A stretch of DNA of 38,777 nt, taken from the IMG/VR virus record IMGVR_UViG_3300024232_000036, positions 1 to 38,777 of that record, one strand, 5' to 3'. Position numbers and translations under genes: made by a program. The notes under the pieces were generated by a model, which was not told the DNA's origin, searched no databases, and saw only the letters and a program-made list of their open reading frames with translations. The stretch is from a virus. Its lineage: Duplodnaviria > Caudoviricetes. This document shows positions 22,709-32,147 of the stretch, piece by piece (position 1 is the stretch's first letter; each line of letters starts with the position of its first letter).

Positions 22709-24325
22709 ATGAGTGCTAAGATTTACGTCCCTGTAGAACATTTAGCGGGCTTGGAAGTGAAGGACCGTGTGCAGCGGTGCTTCGAGGACCCGGTCCTTTT
22801 CTGCCGGTACTACCTCGAGCATATGTTCCCTCTGCCTATGCCAGCGGTTCACCGGGGGCTCTTAGCGATTTTAACGCGGCAGACTCGGTTCCTCGAGGTC
22901 TACGGGGAAATCGACTGGATCTGTGATAACTTTGTGATGGAGAGGGACGGCAAAACCTATCGGATCTTTGAGAGGGGTGAGGACTATGTGCTACGCATGT
23001 ACCTTGGGACTCATACCCTTGTGCTTATGCCAAGAGGCTTCTCTAAAACTACTCTGTGCGGTATTGCTGACTCCCTTTATGATATATGCTATCAGCTTGT
23101 CCAGCTTTCCGCGTATGTCAGCCACGCCGCCCCACACGCAGAAACACAGCTTGAGAATGTTAAAAGAGAACTCGAGGCGAATACTCGCATCCTCCACGAC
23201 TTCGGCATCCTTAAGCCAGAGCGTAGCACCGGGAAGCATTGGTCTGTTGACATCTTTGAAACCACGAACTCCTGTGCTATGGTCGCGAGAGGTGCGGGAG
23301 CGCAGATCAGAGGTCTTAACCTTCAAGGAATACGACCACAGAAAGTGAAAGTGGATGACGTAGAGGACAGGGAGAGCGTTTCTACAGAGGAACAGCGGAA
23401 GAAAATGAGGGTCTGGGGCTATGGAGATCTGCTGCCATGCCTCCCAGCGCTGGATCCTTTAGCTGCTATGGTGGTTATTGGCACTGTTTTGCACCCAGCC
23501 AGTCTTTTAATGACCTGGGCGAACGACCCGAAATTCAGTGTGATAAGGTTTGGGGCCCTGGATCGGGCTGGGAAGCCGATCTGGCCCGAGAATATGTCGG
23601 TAGAACGGCTCGAAGCGGAGAAGCGAAGCTTCACTCGGGCCGGAGAGCTGTCCACATTCTACTTAGAATATCATAATCAGGTCCGAGCAGAGGAAACTCA
23701 GATCTTCCAGCAGCGGTTTTTCCGCTACGGGCCGCCCACGCCGGAAGATGGCTCCCTGATCTGGGCAGTTTACTGTGATCCGGCGATCTCTGAGGCGAAA
23801 CGCGCTGACAGTTCGGTGGTCTATGCCGTTGGAATGTCCCTCAAGACAGGAAGACTCTTCGTTCCGGCCCCCTGGGCGCAACGAGGAGCGAAGCCAAGAG
23901 ATATCATCGACGCATTCTTCAATTATAGCAAGCGTTACGGTGCAACTCATCACGGAGTGGAGGCAAATCAGTATCAGGCGGCGTTGGTACACCTCATTAG
24001 GGCGGAAATGTTCAAGAAAAAGCACTACTTCGACATTCTACCCATCATACATGGCTCTAAAACATCGAAGTACACGCGGATTAAGGGCGTTTTGCAGCCT
24101 CGATACAGCAACGGGTATATCCAGCACTACGTACCGATCCCGGAGCTTGAAAGTCAGCTCCTGGACTTCCCATCAGGGGTGCACGACGATCATCCTGACG
24201 GTTTGGCCGGGGCTATCGCGCTCCTCGACCCTGTTGCGGGGGCTGGAGCGGGCAATGAGGACGAAGTTCAAGAAGATCCTGTAGATACAGATGTCTTTAA
24301 TGAGGGTTGGAGGGTAGCACCATGA
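22709..24325 (+). CDS. terL: Terminase large subunit
   Basis: Walker A-like PRGFSKTT, QIRG, Walker B VDDVED, coupling motif IGT, nuclease motifs YCDPA and HDDHPD. Confidence 0.93.
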   Translation: MSAKIYVPVEHLAGLEVKDRVQRCFEDPVLFCRYYLEHMFPLPMPAVHRGLLAILTRQTRFLEVYGEIDWICDNFVMERDGKTYRIFERGEDYVLRMYLGTHTLVLMPRGFSKTTLCGIADSLYDICYQLVQLSAYVSHAAPHAETQLENVKRELEANTRILHDFGILKPERSTGKHWSVDIFETTNSCAMVARGAGAQIRGLNLQGIRPQKVKVDDVEDRESVSTEEQRKKMRVWGYGDLLPCLPALDPLAAMVVIGTVLHPASLLMTWANDPKFSVIRFGALDRAGKPIWPENMSVERLEAEKRSFTRAGELSTFYLEYHNQVRAEETQIFQQRFFRYGPPTPEDGSLIWAVYCDPAISEAKRADSSVVYAVGMSLKTGRLFVPAPWAQRGAKPRDIIDAFFNYSKRYGATHHGVEANQYQAALVHLIRAEMFKKKHYFDILPIIHGSKTSKYTRIKGVLQPRYSNGYIQHYVPIPELESQLLDFPSGVHDDHPDGLAGAIALLDPVAGAGAGNEDEVQEDPVDTDVFNEGWRVAP

Positions 24326-24618
24326 CAGAACCTAATATTTGGCTGCGTGGGCTGCTCGCAGGCGCGTCACCGGACATTATCCCTGGTACTGGAGGCGGAG
24401 CAGCGCCGGGTGGGTTCGCTGGTAATCCACAAGCCTTTGGTCCGTTCATGGGATTGCCGGGAGCAGGTGGCGGGTTCCAGCCTGGAGGCTTTAGTCTCGG
24501 TTTGCCGGGCGGCGGATTACAGCCTGGAGGGTTTGTAAGGGGGGAAGATTTGAATGCGAAGATGGCTGCGTATGCTGCTGCGGCCGCAGAGCGGAATGCT
24601 GACCGAGGCGCAAGATAG
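24322..24618 (+). CDS. Gly-rich hypothetical protein
   Basis: ATGA overlap with terL; GGFQPGGF/GGLQPGGF repeat. Confidence 0.65.
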   Translation: MTEPNIWLRGLLAGASPDIIPGTGGGAAPGGFAGNPQAFGPFMGLPGAGGGFQPGGFSLGLPGGGLQPGGFVRGEDLNAKMAAYAAAAAERNADRGAR

Positions 24619-24627
24619 GAGGCTATC

Positions 24628-24945
24628 ATGAGCGGTGGATGGTTTGACTGGCTGCCTGGGTTCTTGGGCGGCGCAGGTGGTGGAGCGGCTATGCCACCAG
24701 AGACGTTCGGCCCGAAGGCTCCGATCGATCCGACTGGCGTGATGGGCATGGTGCCTGGAGATCCAACAGGTGGTCCGCCTGTTTCACAGACTTCCATGGC
24801 GTTCACGCCCGGGGCGCAGAAGGGCGGCTGGCAGAACCAGCTTGCACAAGCGATGTCGCGCTATCGACAGGCACAGCAGGGCGGGCAGCAGCAACCGCGA
24901 AGCCAGCGGATGACCGAGTGGTTTGGACCTCGCCGGATCGGCTGA
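24628..24945 (+). CDS. Gly/Pro/Gln-rich hypothetical protein
   Basis: AGGAGG RBS. Confidence 0.68.
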   Translation: MSGGWFDWLPGFLGGAGGGAAMPPETFGPKAPIDPTGVMGMVPGDPTGGPPVSQTSMAFTPGAQKGGWQNQLAQAMSRYRQAQQGGQQQPRSQRMTEWFGPRRIG

Positions 24946-24960
24946 GGTAAGGAGAGTACG

Positions 24961-27048
24961 ATGGCCGGACCCGGACCCTCAGATAGTACGATTAGCGGGC
25001 TAGAGACGACTGAGCCGACGCCTGGGCTCTCGAATGAGCCGAGGAGCGAATGGCCAAAAGCGCCGGACCCGGGTACCAAGCCGATCGACCTTTTGCGGCC
25101 TCACTCAGAACTGCACCAGAAGGTGATCGACTATTTGGATCGCCGGCTCGACCTGTCGGAAAGAAAGATGTCCGACTTCTATGCGCGCTGGCGAGTGAAC
25201 GAAATGAAGCTGCAGGGGTATATTACACTCCCTGACTATGAGAAGCTTCTCAAGGAAATGAACGACAAGGGGAAGGTGCCGCAAGCGACAGCGATGATCA
25301 TCCCTTACTCTTTCGCGACGCACCAGACGTTCGTCACGTACCTGACGCAAGTTTTCTGCGGCCGGAAGCCGATGTTCCAGATTTCCTCGTACAAGAAGGA
25401 GAACATCGAGGCGGCTCAGCGGATCGAGACGCTGACGCAGTACAACGTTGACAAGACTCGAATGATCAAGTGGATTTACCAGCACGTCTCAGATGCCCTG
25501 GCCTATGGCGTCGGCGTGCTGCGGAGCCGCTGGGTCCGAGAAGTCGCCCTTCGGACTACGAGAGCGCCTTTGCCGTCTGGCACAGCAGTTGGTATGGCTT
25601 CTGGTGGCGCTCCAGTGCCACAGAGGAAGCCGACCATCGTATATGCTGGAAACATGGTGGAGTCGCAAGACCCGTTCATGTTCTTCCCGGACCCTCGCGT
25701 CCCGATGACGGAGGTGAACAAGCGCGGAGAATTTGTTTTCTGGCGCTGTTATGAAGGGAAGCACATTCTGAAACAGATGGAAGGAATGGGGCTTCTGAAA
25801 TGGGTTGAGGCGGCTAACTCGAAAATTCCGACTTCGAAATGGGTAACAGGAGGTGAAGAAAGCGCTCGGTCCCTCGTCGCGGGCGGCCAGGCCCACCCCG
25901 GCACCCAGGGGAGCGATGAGGGCCGAGGCGTCACATCGTACTATCAAGTGGATGAGGGGACTGTTACGCTGATCCCGGCAGAGCTAGGGCTCGGCAAAGA
26001 GCAGTATCCGGTGAAATTTCTGTTCACGATACTGAACCGCTCACAGATTTGCCGAGCCGAGCCGCTAGAAGCTGACCATGATATGCACCCTGTTTCGGTG
26101 ACTGAGCCGTTGACGCTTGGCTACGGGTTCGGCCACTGTGGCATGACAGACTACATGGGACCGATCCAGGATGTCATGTCTTGGCTGGTAAACAGCCATA
26201 TCTTCAACGTCCGGAGCGCTCTCAACAATATGTTCCTGATCGACCCGTTGAGGGTCGAGATGCAGGACGCCAAGAACCCAGAGCCCGGCAAGCTTATTCG
26301 TCTGAAGCGGGCTGCCTGGGGCACCGACGTGCGAGAGGCGATGATGCAGCTCCAGGTTGCAGACGTGACCGGCGGGCACTTAAAAGACTCTGAGGCCTTT
26401 ATTCGGATGGCGCAGTATCTGAGCGGCGCTACGGACAATGTGATGGGCCTGCAGGAGGCGAGCGGCCGGAAAACTGCCACAGAAGTCCGGACGGCAGCTG
26501 AAGCTGGCGCTAGCCGGCTCGCTTCGATGGCGAAACTGATTTCTGCACAGAGCCTTGTTGATGTAGCAGAGCAAATGGTGATCAACCAGCAGCAGTATAT
26601 GGACCCGAAATTCGTACAGCAGGTGCTCGGGAATGACGCTATGCTGCTTGGACAGGGCCAGTTGCTGATGCCGGACATGATTGCAGGAGATTATCAATTT
26701 CCTGTGTCGGACGGCACTTTGCCGATTGACCGAGTGGCGTTGTTGGAGGTCTGGAAAGAGATCTTCATGGCGATCGCGCAGTCCCCGCAGCTGAGTGCGA
26801 CCTTTGATATTGTAAAGATTTTCGAGTACACAGCAGAACTGGGCGGGGCGAGGAATATTGAGGACTTTAAAGTGCAGATGACTCCGGATCAGCAGGTGCT
26901 CGCGCAGGCACAGGCAGGAAATGTTGTTCCAGCTGGCATGGCGGCAGGGAAGATGAATGGCGGGGCTCCGCCGGGTGGCGGACAGCCGACTGGGCAGGTG
27001 CCCCCGCCGCAGGGCCGGCCGATGCCTGGCGCTCCGATGCCGGCCTGA
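24961..27048 (+). CDS. Portal protein
   Basis: 695 aa between terL and scaffold; DPFMFFPDP, SGATDNVMG and RKTATEV motifs typical of podoviral portals. Confidence 0.88.
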   Translation: MAGPGPSDSTISGLETTEPTPGLSNEPRSEWPKAPDPGTKPIDLLRPHSELHQKVIDYLDRRLDLSERKMSDFYARWRVNEMKLQGYITLPDYEKLLKEMNDKGKVPQATAMIIPYSFATHQTFVTYLTQVFCGRKPMFQISSYKKENIEAAQRIETLTQYNVDKTRMIKWIYQHVSDALAYGVGVLRSRWVREVALRTTRAPLPSGTAVGMASGGAPVPQRKPTIVYAGNMVESQDPFMFFPDPRVPMTEVNKRGEFVFWRCYEGKHILKQMEGMGLLKWVEAANSKIPTSKWVTGGEESARSLVAGGQAHPGTQGSDEGRGVTSYYQVDEGTVTLIPAELGLGKEQYPVKFLFTILNRSQICRAEPLEADHDMHPVSVTEPLTLGYGFGHCGMTDYMGPIQDVMSWLVNSHIFNVRSALNNMFLIDPLRVEMQDAKNPEPGKLIRLKRAAWGTDVREAMMQLQVADVTGGHLKDSEAFIRMAQYLSGATDNVMGLQEASGRKTATEVRTAAEAGASRLASMAKLISAQSLVDVAEQMVINQQQYMDPKFVQQVLGNDAMLLGQGQLLMPDMIAGDYQFPVSDGTLPIDRVALLEVWKEIFMAIAQSPQLSATFDIVKIFEYTAELGGARNIEDFKVQMTPDQQVLAQAQAGNVVPAGMAAGKMNGGAPPGGGQPTGQVPPPQGRPMPGAPMPA

Positions 27049-27090
27049 GAGTTTTCTTGAATTGGGGAAACAGCCGAGGTAGAATGCCAT

Positions 27091-27381
27091 ATGAATTTAG
27101 AGACCTTTTTAGCGTCAGTTGAAAGCGAAACCAGCGAGCCGCTGGAGAAGCAGGAAAAGATCGCGCTCGGGCGGATGCTTTCCTCAAGCCTGTTCTTGCG
27201 GGCCTGTAAGAGCTTCACCGAGCAAGCAGTCAATTCGACTGGGGCTTTTACCAAGCTGGATCTGAACACGCCAGAAGGACTGGCGAAGGCGAAGGATCTA
27301 CAGCTGCAGGTGAAGGCGACCTTCTTTGTGCTTGAAACCCTCATCATGCAGGCCGAAGTGCCGAAGGAAGAAGATAAATGA
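27091..27381 (+). CDS. Small helical protein between portal and scaffold
   Basis: GAGGT RBS; typical position in podoviral head modules. Confidence 0.7.
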   Translation: MNLETFLASVESETSEPLEKQEKIALGRMLSSSLFLRACKSFTEQAVNSTGAFTKLDLNTPEGLAKAKDLQLQVKATFFVLETLIMQAEVPKEEDK

Positions 27382-28343
27382 GCGGAACAGGAAACCCCGG
27401 ATCGGGCGCTCCTAGCAGCAGCCCAGCCCCCTCGTCGCCAGCGCCGGCTCCCGCATCGCCTTCACAGGCACCGGCAGCCGCACCATCGACGAGCCCGCCG
27501 CCATCAGGCGCCCCTGGTGGTGGTTCTGCTCCTGGCGGGACAGCCCCGTCGGCGCCATCTCGTCAGGAGCAGATGGGCGTTCCGAGTGAGGTTGTCGCTG
27601 TTCTCGGATACGATCCGTTTGGGCCGCCAGAGGAAGCTCCCCCGCAGCCTCCGCCGGCCCAGCCGCAGGCTGCTCCTCCGCAGCCGGGTCAGCCGGTTGC
27701 ACAGCCTGCGGTTCCCGGACAACCTAACGAACTGGAGACTCTACGGCAGCAGCTCGGCCAGATGCGACAGGAGCTGCAACAGTTCCGACAGCCAGCTCAG
27801 CCGGCACCGGGCCAGCCCGGACATCCGGCCGGGCCGATCGATCCGGTACCTACGTATCAGTATGAGATCCCAGATCAGGTGCTCTCGCTAATGGCGTCGG
27901 AGAACCCGGCCGACCGAAAGCTCGCTCTTGGGAACGTTATGACCGCCGTCTCTCGCTCGGTCCACGGACTGATGCAGAAGGAACTGGCGCAGGTGATCCC
28001 TGCGCTGGCCCGGCAGGTGATGACGGAGCATCTTGGGCAGCAGGAGGTCGGCCGGGATTTTTACACCAAGTACGCGGATCTGGACAAGCCGCATTTGCGG
28101 CCGCTCATTTACCAGATAGCGGCTGGCTGGGCGCAGCAGAACCCGCAGGCCGGCTGGACGGCTGATACGCGCGATGCGATTGCTCGCATTGTGTATCAGA
28201 CTTTCAACATGCAGTTCCCGGGCGGCGTACCGCAGGCACAGCCAGCTCCGCCGGCTGCCCCGGTGATGATGCCTACCATGACGAGGCCAGCGGTCTCGCA
28301 CATGGCGACTGAGCAAGAGGAGATGATGGATCTGTTGCGCTGA
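27378..28343 (+). CDS. Scaffolding protein
   Basis: Pro/Ala/Gln-rich N-terminus, coiled coil, directly upstream of the major capsid gene. Confidence 0.72.
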   Translation: MSGTGNPGSGAPSSSPAPSSPAPAPASPSQAPAAAPSTSPPPSGAPGGGSAPGGTAPSAPSRQEQMGVPSEVVAVLGYDPFGPPEEAPPQPPPAQPQAAPPQPGQPVAQPAVPGQPNELETLRQQLGQMRQELQQFRQPAQPAPGQPGHPAGPIDPVPTYQYEIPDQVLSLMASENPADRKLALGNVMTAVSRSVHGLMQKELAQVIPALARQVMTEHLGQQEVGRDFYTKYADLDKPHLRPLIYQIAAGWAQQNPQAGWTADTRDAIARIVYQTFNMQFPGGVPQAQPAPPAAPVMMPTMTRPAVSHMATEQEEMMDLLR

Positions 28344-28463
28344 GAGTTGGTAAGCGGTCCACGGGGGCGAAAGCCCTGGCGGGGAGAGTCTTCCTCCCGA
28401 GCGGCCGGATCGTTATCACTGAAGCGGTTTGGAAAGGAGTAGAAACCGTGAGGAGTACTGGTT

Positions 28464-29681
28464 ATGGCGATCCAGGGACTGCGCGACAGCAATCAGTTTG
28501 TCACTGATGCTCGGCCGAAGAATTATCGAGAACTCATTCTTCGACTCTATCCGAACGGCACGGCGCCGCTGACCGCTCTGACGAACGCTATGTCGAGCGA
28601 CAGCACGGACGATCCCGAGTACGCTTGGTGGGAGAAGGCGCTCCCGAGCCAGCGGCTCGCTTTCAGTGCGGCTATCACGAACGTGGCGACTGCCGTGGTC
28701 GTGGCGAGCGGCGCGTTCAACTTCCGTGCGGGGCATGTGCTCCGTGTGGAGGCCTCGAACGAGCTGATGCTCGTGACGGTTGACCCGACTGTCGATACGG
28801 GGCTGACGGTGCAGAGAGGGTTTGCCGGAACGGCGGCCGCAGCGGTCGATCCGACAGTCGCTGGTACGAACCCGTTCTTCCACGCGATCGGGAACGTGAA
28901 CGAAGAAGGTTCTATGCCACCGACTGGGGTCAACTATGACCCCACGAAGAAGTTCAATTACACACAGATTTTCCGGAATACGCTGGAGATGACCCGCACC
29001 GCCTCTAAGACGAGGCTGCGGACGGGCGACCAGGTGAAGGAGGCGAAGCGAGAGTGTCTCGAGCTGCATTCCATTGAAATGGAAAAGGGCTTCATCTGGG
29101 GCCAGCGGGTCGAGACGACGAAGAACGGCAAGCCGATGCGGATGACCGGCGGGATCATCAGCTTCATCGCGCCAGGTAACATCGTGGACCTCGTTGGCGC
29201 GCCGATAGATATGATGACAGTCGAGAACCACATGAAGAACATGTTCACTTGGGGCTCGTCTGAGAAGGTGAGCTTCATGGGGAACACGTCCCTGATGGTT
29301 CTCCAGCAGATCATTCGGAAGAACAGCACGTTCAACATTCAGAGCGGGCTTAAAGAGTACGGGATGAACGTCTCCCGGCTCGTGTGCCCGTTCGGCGAGC
29401 TGGTCATCAAGACGCACCCACTGTTCAATCAGATGCCCGGCGGCACGACGGCCGGCACGGCCTATCGGTCGGCCGACTCGAGCTGGCTGACGCTCGACAT
29501 GAAGGAGATCAAGTATCGGTACTTCTCGGGCGATGACACGCGCTACGAGAAGGACCTGCAGCCGAACGGCATGGACGGGATGGAGTCAGGGTACCTGACG
29601 GAGTGCGGGCTGGAGATCCATCACCCGCTGACGCACTACCTGATTAAGGGCCTGACGACCCCGGCCAAGGACGCGCCGTAA
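28464..29681 (+). CDS. Major capsid protein (SU10/DUF5309-like)
   Basis: TAPLTAL...EYAWWEK, NYTQIFR, MEKGFIWG, RMTGGI, TECGLE; strong codon bias; followed by a terminator. Confidence 0.88.
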   Translation: MAIQGLRDSNQFVTDARPKNYRELILRLYPNGTAPLTALTNAMSSDSTDDPEYAWWEKALPSQRLAFSAAITNVATAVVVASGAFNFRAGHVLRVEASNELMLVTVDPTVDTGLTVQRGFAGTAAAAVDPTVAGTNPFFHAIGNVNEEGSMPPTGVNYDPTKKFNYTQIFRNTLEMTRTASKTRLRTGDQVKEAKRECLELHSIEMEKGFIWGQRVETTKNGKPMRMTGGIISFIAPGNIVDLVGAPIDMMTVENHMKNMFTWGSSEKVSFMGNTSLMVLQQIIRKNSTFNIQSGLKEYGMNVSRLVCPFGELVIKTHPLFNQMPGGTTAGTAYRSADSSWLTLDMKEIKYRYFSGDDTRYEKDLQPNGMDGMESGYLTECGLEIHHPLTHYLIKGLTTPAKDAP

Positions 29682-29704
29682 CGAGGTTTGGTGAGGGTAA
29701 CCTA

Positions 29705-29740
29705 CCGGCCGACCCACCTCCCTGGGTCGGCCGGGCTTTT
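29705..29740 (+). terminator. Intrinsic terminator after the major capsid gene
   Basis: CCGGCCGACCCA-CCTCCC-TGGGTCGGCCGG-GCTTTT. Confidence 0.8.
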
Positions 29741-29741
29741 C

Positions 29742-29770
29742 CCCATGTTAACCGGGGAAACTACACCATG
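29742..29770 (+). repeat. Dispersed 29-bp motif, copy 2
   Basis: CCCATGTTAACCGGGGAAACTACACCATG; 26/29 identical to the reverse complement of 8868-8896. Confidence 0.75.
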
Positions 29771-29778
29771 AGGCTGCA

Positions 29779-30444
29779 ATGCCTACCCTCAGAACCGTCC
29801 ATGCAACCGTAAGCCGCTGGCTCCGTAGAGGCAACGTTTTTGACGTAGACGTGCCGGATGTAGTGCGGATGGCTGCTCGCTCGATCGAGCGGAATTACAC
29901 GCTCAAGTACATGGAGACCTATGTCACGTTCACTATCCCGTATGTGGCGATAGAGCCGCGTGCGATCAACTTTCCTGACACGAAGGTAAAAAGGATACAG
30001 TCGATCAAGATCATCGGCGCGGATGGTGGGCTCAGTGATTTGAAAGCGATGGATGCGAAGGATCTGAAGCTCGTTGAGACGGGCCAGCCGATGCGATACT
30101 GGCTAGACGGAATGGACTATATTTGGTTTGACAGGACGCCGGATGTAGATTACCGGGCGGAAATGGTCTACGACAGGTATACAACCTGGCCGACGAGCGC
30201 GGACTCTACGACGGACCCGCCGTTCGACTGGCTGGACTCGAAGAACTGGCTGATAGAGAATGCGGATGACTGCCTGGTAGGACATTCACTTTCGCATATG
30301 AAGATCCTTGCACGCTTGCCGATGGACATGAGGCAGAGTATTGATGATTTGGTGAGCCGGTCTATGGGCGAACTGCTCCGCGCGGATCAGGAGCTGCGAC
30401 AGGAGAATACATCTGAGGTGATGAACTATGGAAAGGTTTACTGA
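29779..30444 (+). CDS. Head-tail adaptor (tail tubular protein A-like)
   Basis: Position after the capsid gene; GQPMRY...RTPDVDY...NWLIENADD pattern. Confidence 0.7.
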   Translation: MPTLRTVHATVSRWLRRGNVFDVDVPDVVRMAARSIERNYTLKYMETYVTFTIPYVAIEPRAINFPDTKVKRIQSIKIIGADGGLSDLKAMDAKDLKLVETGQPMRYWLDGMDYIWFDRTPDVDYRAEMVYDRYTTWPTSADSTTDPPFDWLDSKNWLIENADDCLVGHSLSHMKILARLPMDMRQSIDDLVSRSMGELLRADQELRQENTSEVMNYGKVY

Positions 30445-31256
30445 TGAACCAGTTCTCACCTAGAGCGTTTGTTGCACCCCGCGCTGGTACGCCGGGCGGC
30501 GGTGTGCCAGTTACGCCGGGCGTTGGCGCTACCATCGCTACAGACAAAGTCGGTGATGTAGACGTTCAGGTAATCAAGCTGGGGATCGGCGGGGCCGGCG
30601 CGGCAGACATGCTCGATTACGGGCAGCAGCCGGCCGCGAAGTCGCTCCCAGTCGTGCTCGCGAGCGATCAGGGCAACATCAGTGTTACTGTGCCGCCCGG
30701 CGGGGCGACTGAGGCGACGCTCGCGCTTGTTGCGAAAGAGGCAACGACAGCGAAGGATGCGACTGTTGGACAGGTCGTTTCTGGTGTTGGCCTCGTAGCG
30801 GATGCGCCGCCGGCCACAGACACAGCCTCCAGCTCACTGATCGGCCAGCTTAAACGCCTTCTCCAGCGCTTCACGACGCTCCTTGCGGTCTTTCCAGCGA
30901 CGCTAGCGACGAATGTCGGCGCGGCGAATGCTTCGACGCTAAGGGTTGCTCTGGCGGCCGGCTCAACAGTCGGCATCGGCGCGGCACCAGCGACTTCAAC
31001 CGTAACTAGCGTGGCTGCGGCTATAGCGAGTACACAGCTGCTTGCGGCGAACGCTGCTCGCGTAGGTGCGAGCATTTACAACGATAGTGCCGCTGAAATG
31101 TACCTGAAGCATGGCGCGGGAGCCTCGAACGTTAGCTTTAGTGTTGACATGCTGCCTGGCTCTTACTACGAGATCCCCTTCGGCTATACAGGAGTGATAC
31201 ATGGCATCTGGGCTTCAGCTACTGGATCGGCAAGGGTGACTGAGTTTACGCCGTAA
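30444..31256 (+). CDS. Virion structural protein, putative fibre-attachment protein
   Basis: Ala/Thr-rich; C-terminal beta domain LLAANAARVGASIYND...YTGVIHGIW. Confidence 0.65.
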   Translation: MNQFSPRAFVAPRAGTPGGGVPVTPGVGATIATDKVGDVDVQVIKLGIGGAGAADMLDYGQQPAAKSLPVVLASDQGNISVTVPPGGATEATLALVAKEATTAKDATVGQVVSGVGLVADAPPATDTASSSLIGQLKRLLQRFTTLLAVFPATLATNVGAANASTLRVALAAGSTVGIGAAPATSTVTSVAAAIASTQLLAANAARVGASIYNDSAAEMYLKHGAGASNVSFSVDMLPGSYYEIPFGYTGVIHGIWASATGSARVTEFTP

Positions 31257-32140
31257 TGCCTTATTTTCCATCAGCGCCGGGCGGGAGCATTCTGCTTCCG
31301 AATACGATAGATAACGCGATACTGACAGATATGCCAGATGGCACCGTGAAGGGTCGTGCGTTAGGTGCTGGCGTTGGTGATCCACAGGATTTGACACTGG
31401 CACAGCTACGTGCGCTGCTTGGGAACCCGGTATTTACACAGTGTCAGCTCGGTTTTGTAAGCTCATCAATTATTCGTCTTATTCGTTATGGTGGGTGCCA
31501 ACTAACTATAGATAATGTACCACAGATAATTCCAGCTGCAGGCGTTGATCTTGCAGCAACTGGGCTAACGGCTAATGTAGTCTATTATATTTACGCCTAC
31601 ATGAATGCAGGCGTTATGACGCTGTTGCCATCAAGCACGGTGCCAGTGGCCGATGCCCGCAACGGTGTGCAAGTTATGACTGGCGATGTGACGCGCACGC
31701 TTGTCGGCATGGCAGTTCCTGATACGGGACCAGTCTGGGCAGTTACACAACAGAAATACTGGGTTATAAGCTATTATAATCGCATACCGAAGCACCTCAG
31801 ACTCGATATTTCGGGACTGTCGACAGCAAGTACTTCGTTAGTACAGCTCAGTGGATTTGCGTATTTTCTGCATTGGGGCGGCGTTGTTGCTCCGCAATAT
31901 CTTGGTAGTACGGTGCAGTCTGTAGCAGCAAGTGCATGGCATTCGAGTGGTGTAAGAGTTAACGGTAGTGGCGGCTTTGAGTTTAGTACATATGTACAGC
32001 CTACTGGTGCTATGGTGAATACATCGGGAGGTGCATCGTTTGCCGTTAACGCAGGAGCTAGTAACCTTGCGTTTTGGGCGATGGTAGGCGTTGGCACTGG
32101 CTCATGGACAGGCATCATCACCATGCCACTTGAAGTATGA
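31256..32140 (+). CDS. Tail fibre / receptor-binding protein A
   Basis: N-module DMPDGTVKGRALGAGVGDPQDLT; beta-rich body. Confidence 0.72.
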   Translation: MPYFPSAPGGSILLPNTIDNAILTDMPDGTVKGRALGAGVGDPQDLTLAQLRALLGNPVFTQCQLGFVSSSIIRLIRYGGCQLTIDNVPQIIPAAGVDLAATGLTANVVYYIYAYMNAGVMTLLPSSTVPVADARNGVQVMTGDVTRTLVGMAVPDTGPVWAVTQQKYWVISYYNRIPKHLRLDISGLSTASTSLVQLSGFAYFLHWGGVVAPQYLGSTVQSVAASAWHSSGVRVNGSGGFEFSTYVQPTGAMVNTSGGASFAVNAGASNLAFWAMVGVGTGSWTGIITMPLEV

Positions 32141-32147
32141 GTTAAAA

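Noticed and set aside
28344-28463. c-di-GMP-I riboswitch in the capsid leader
   Set aside because: A GAAA tetraloop is present, but I cannot find the other conserved elements of that family.
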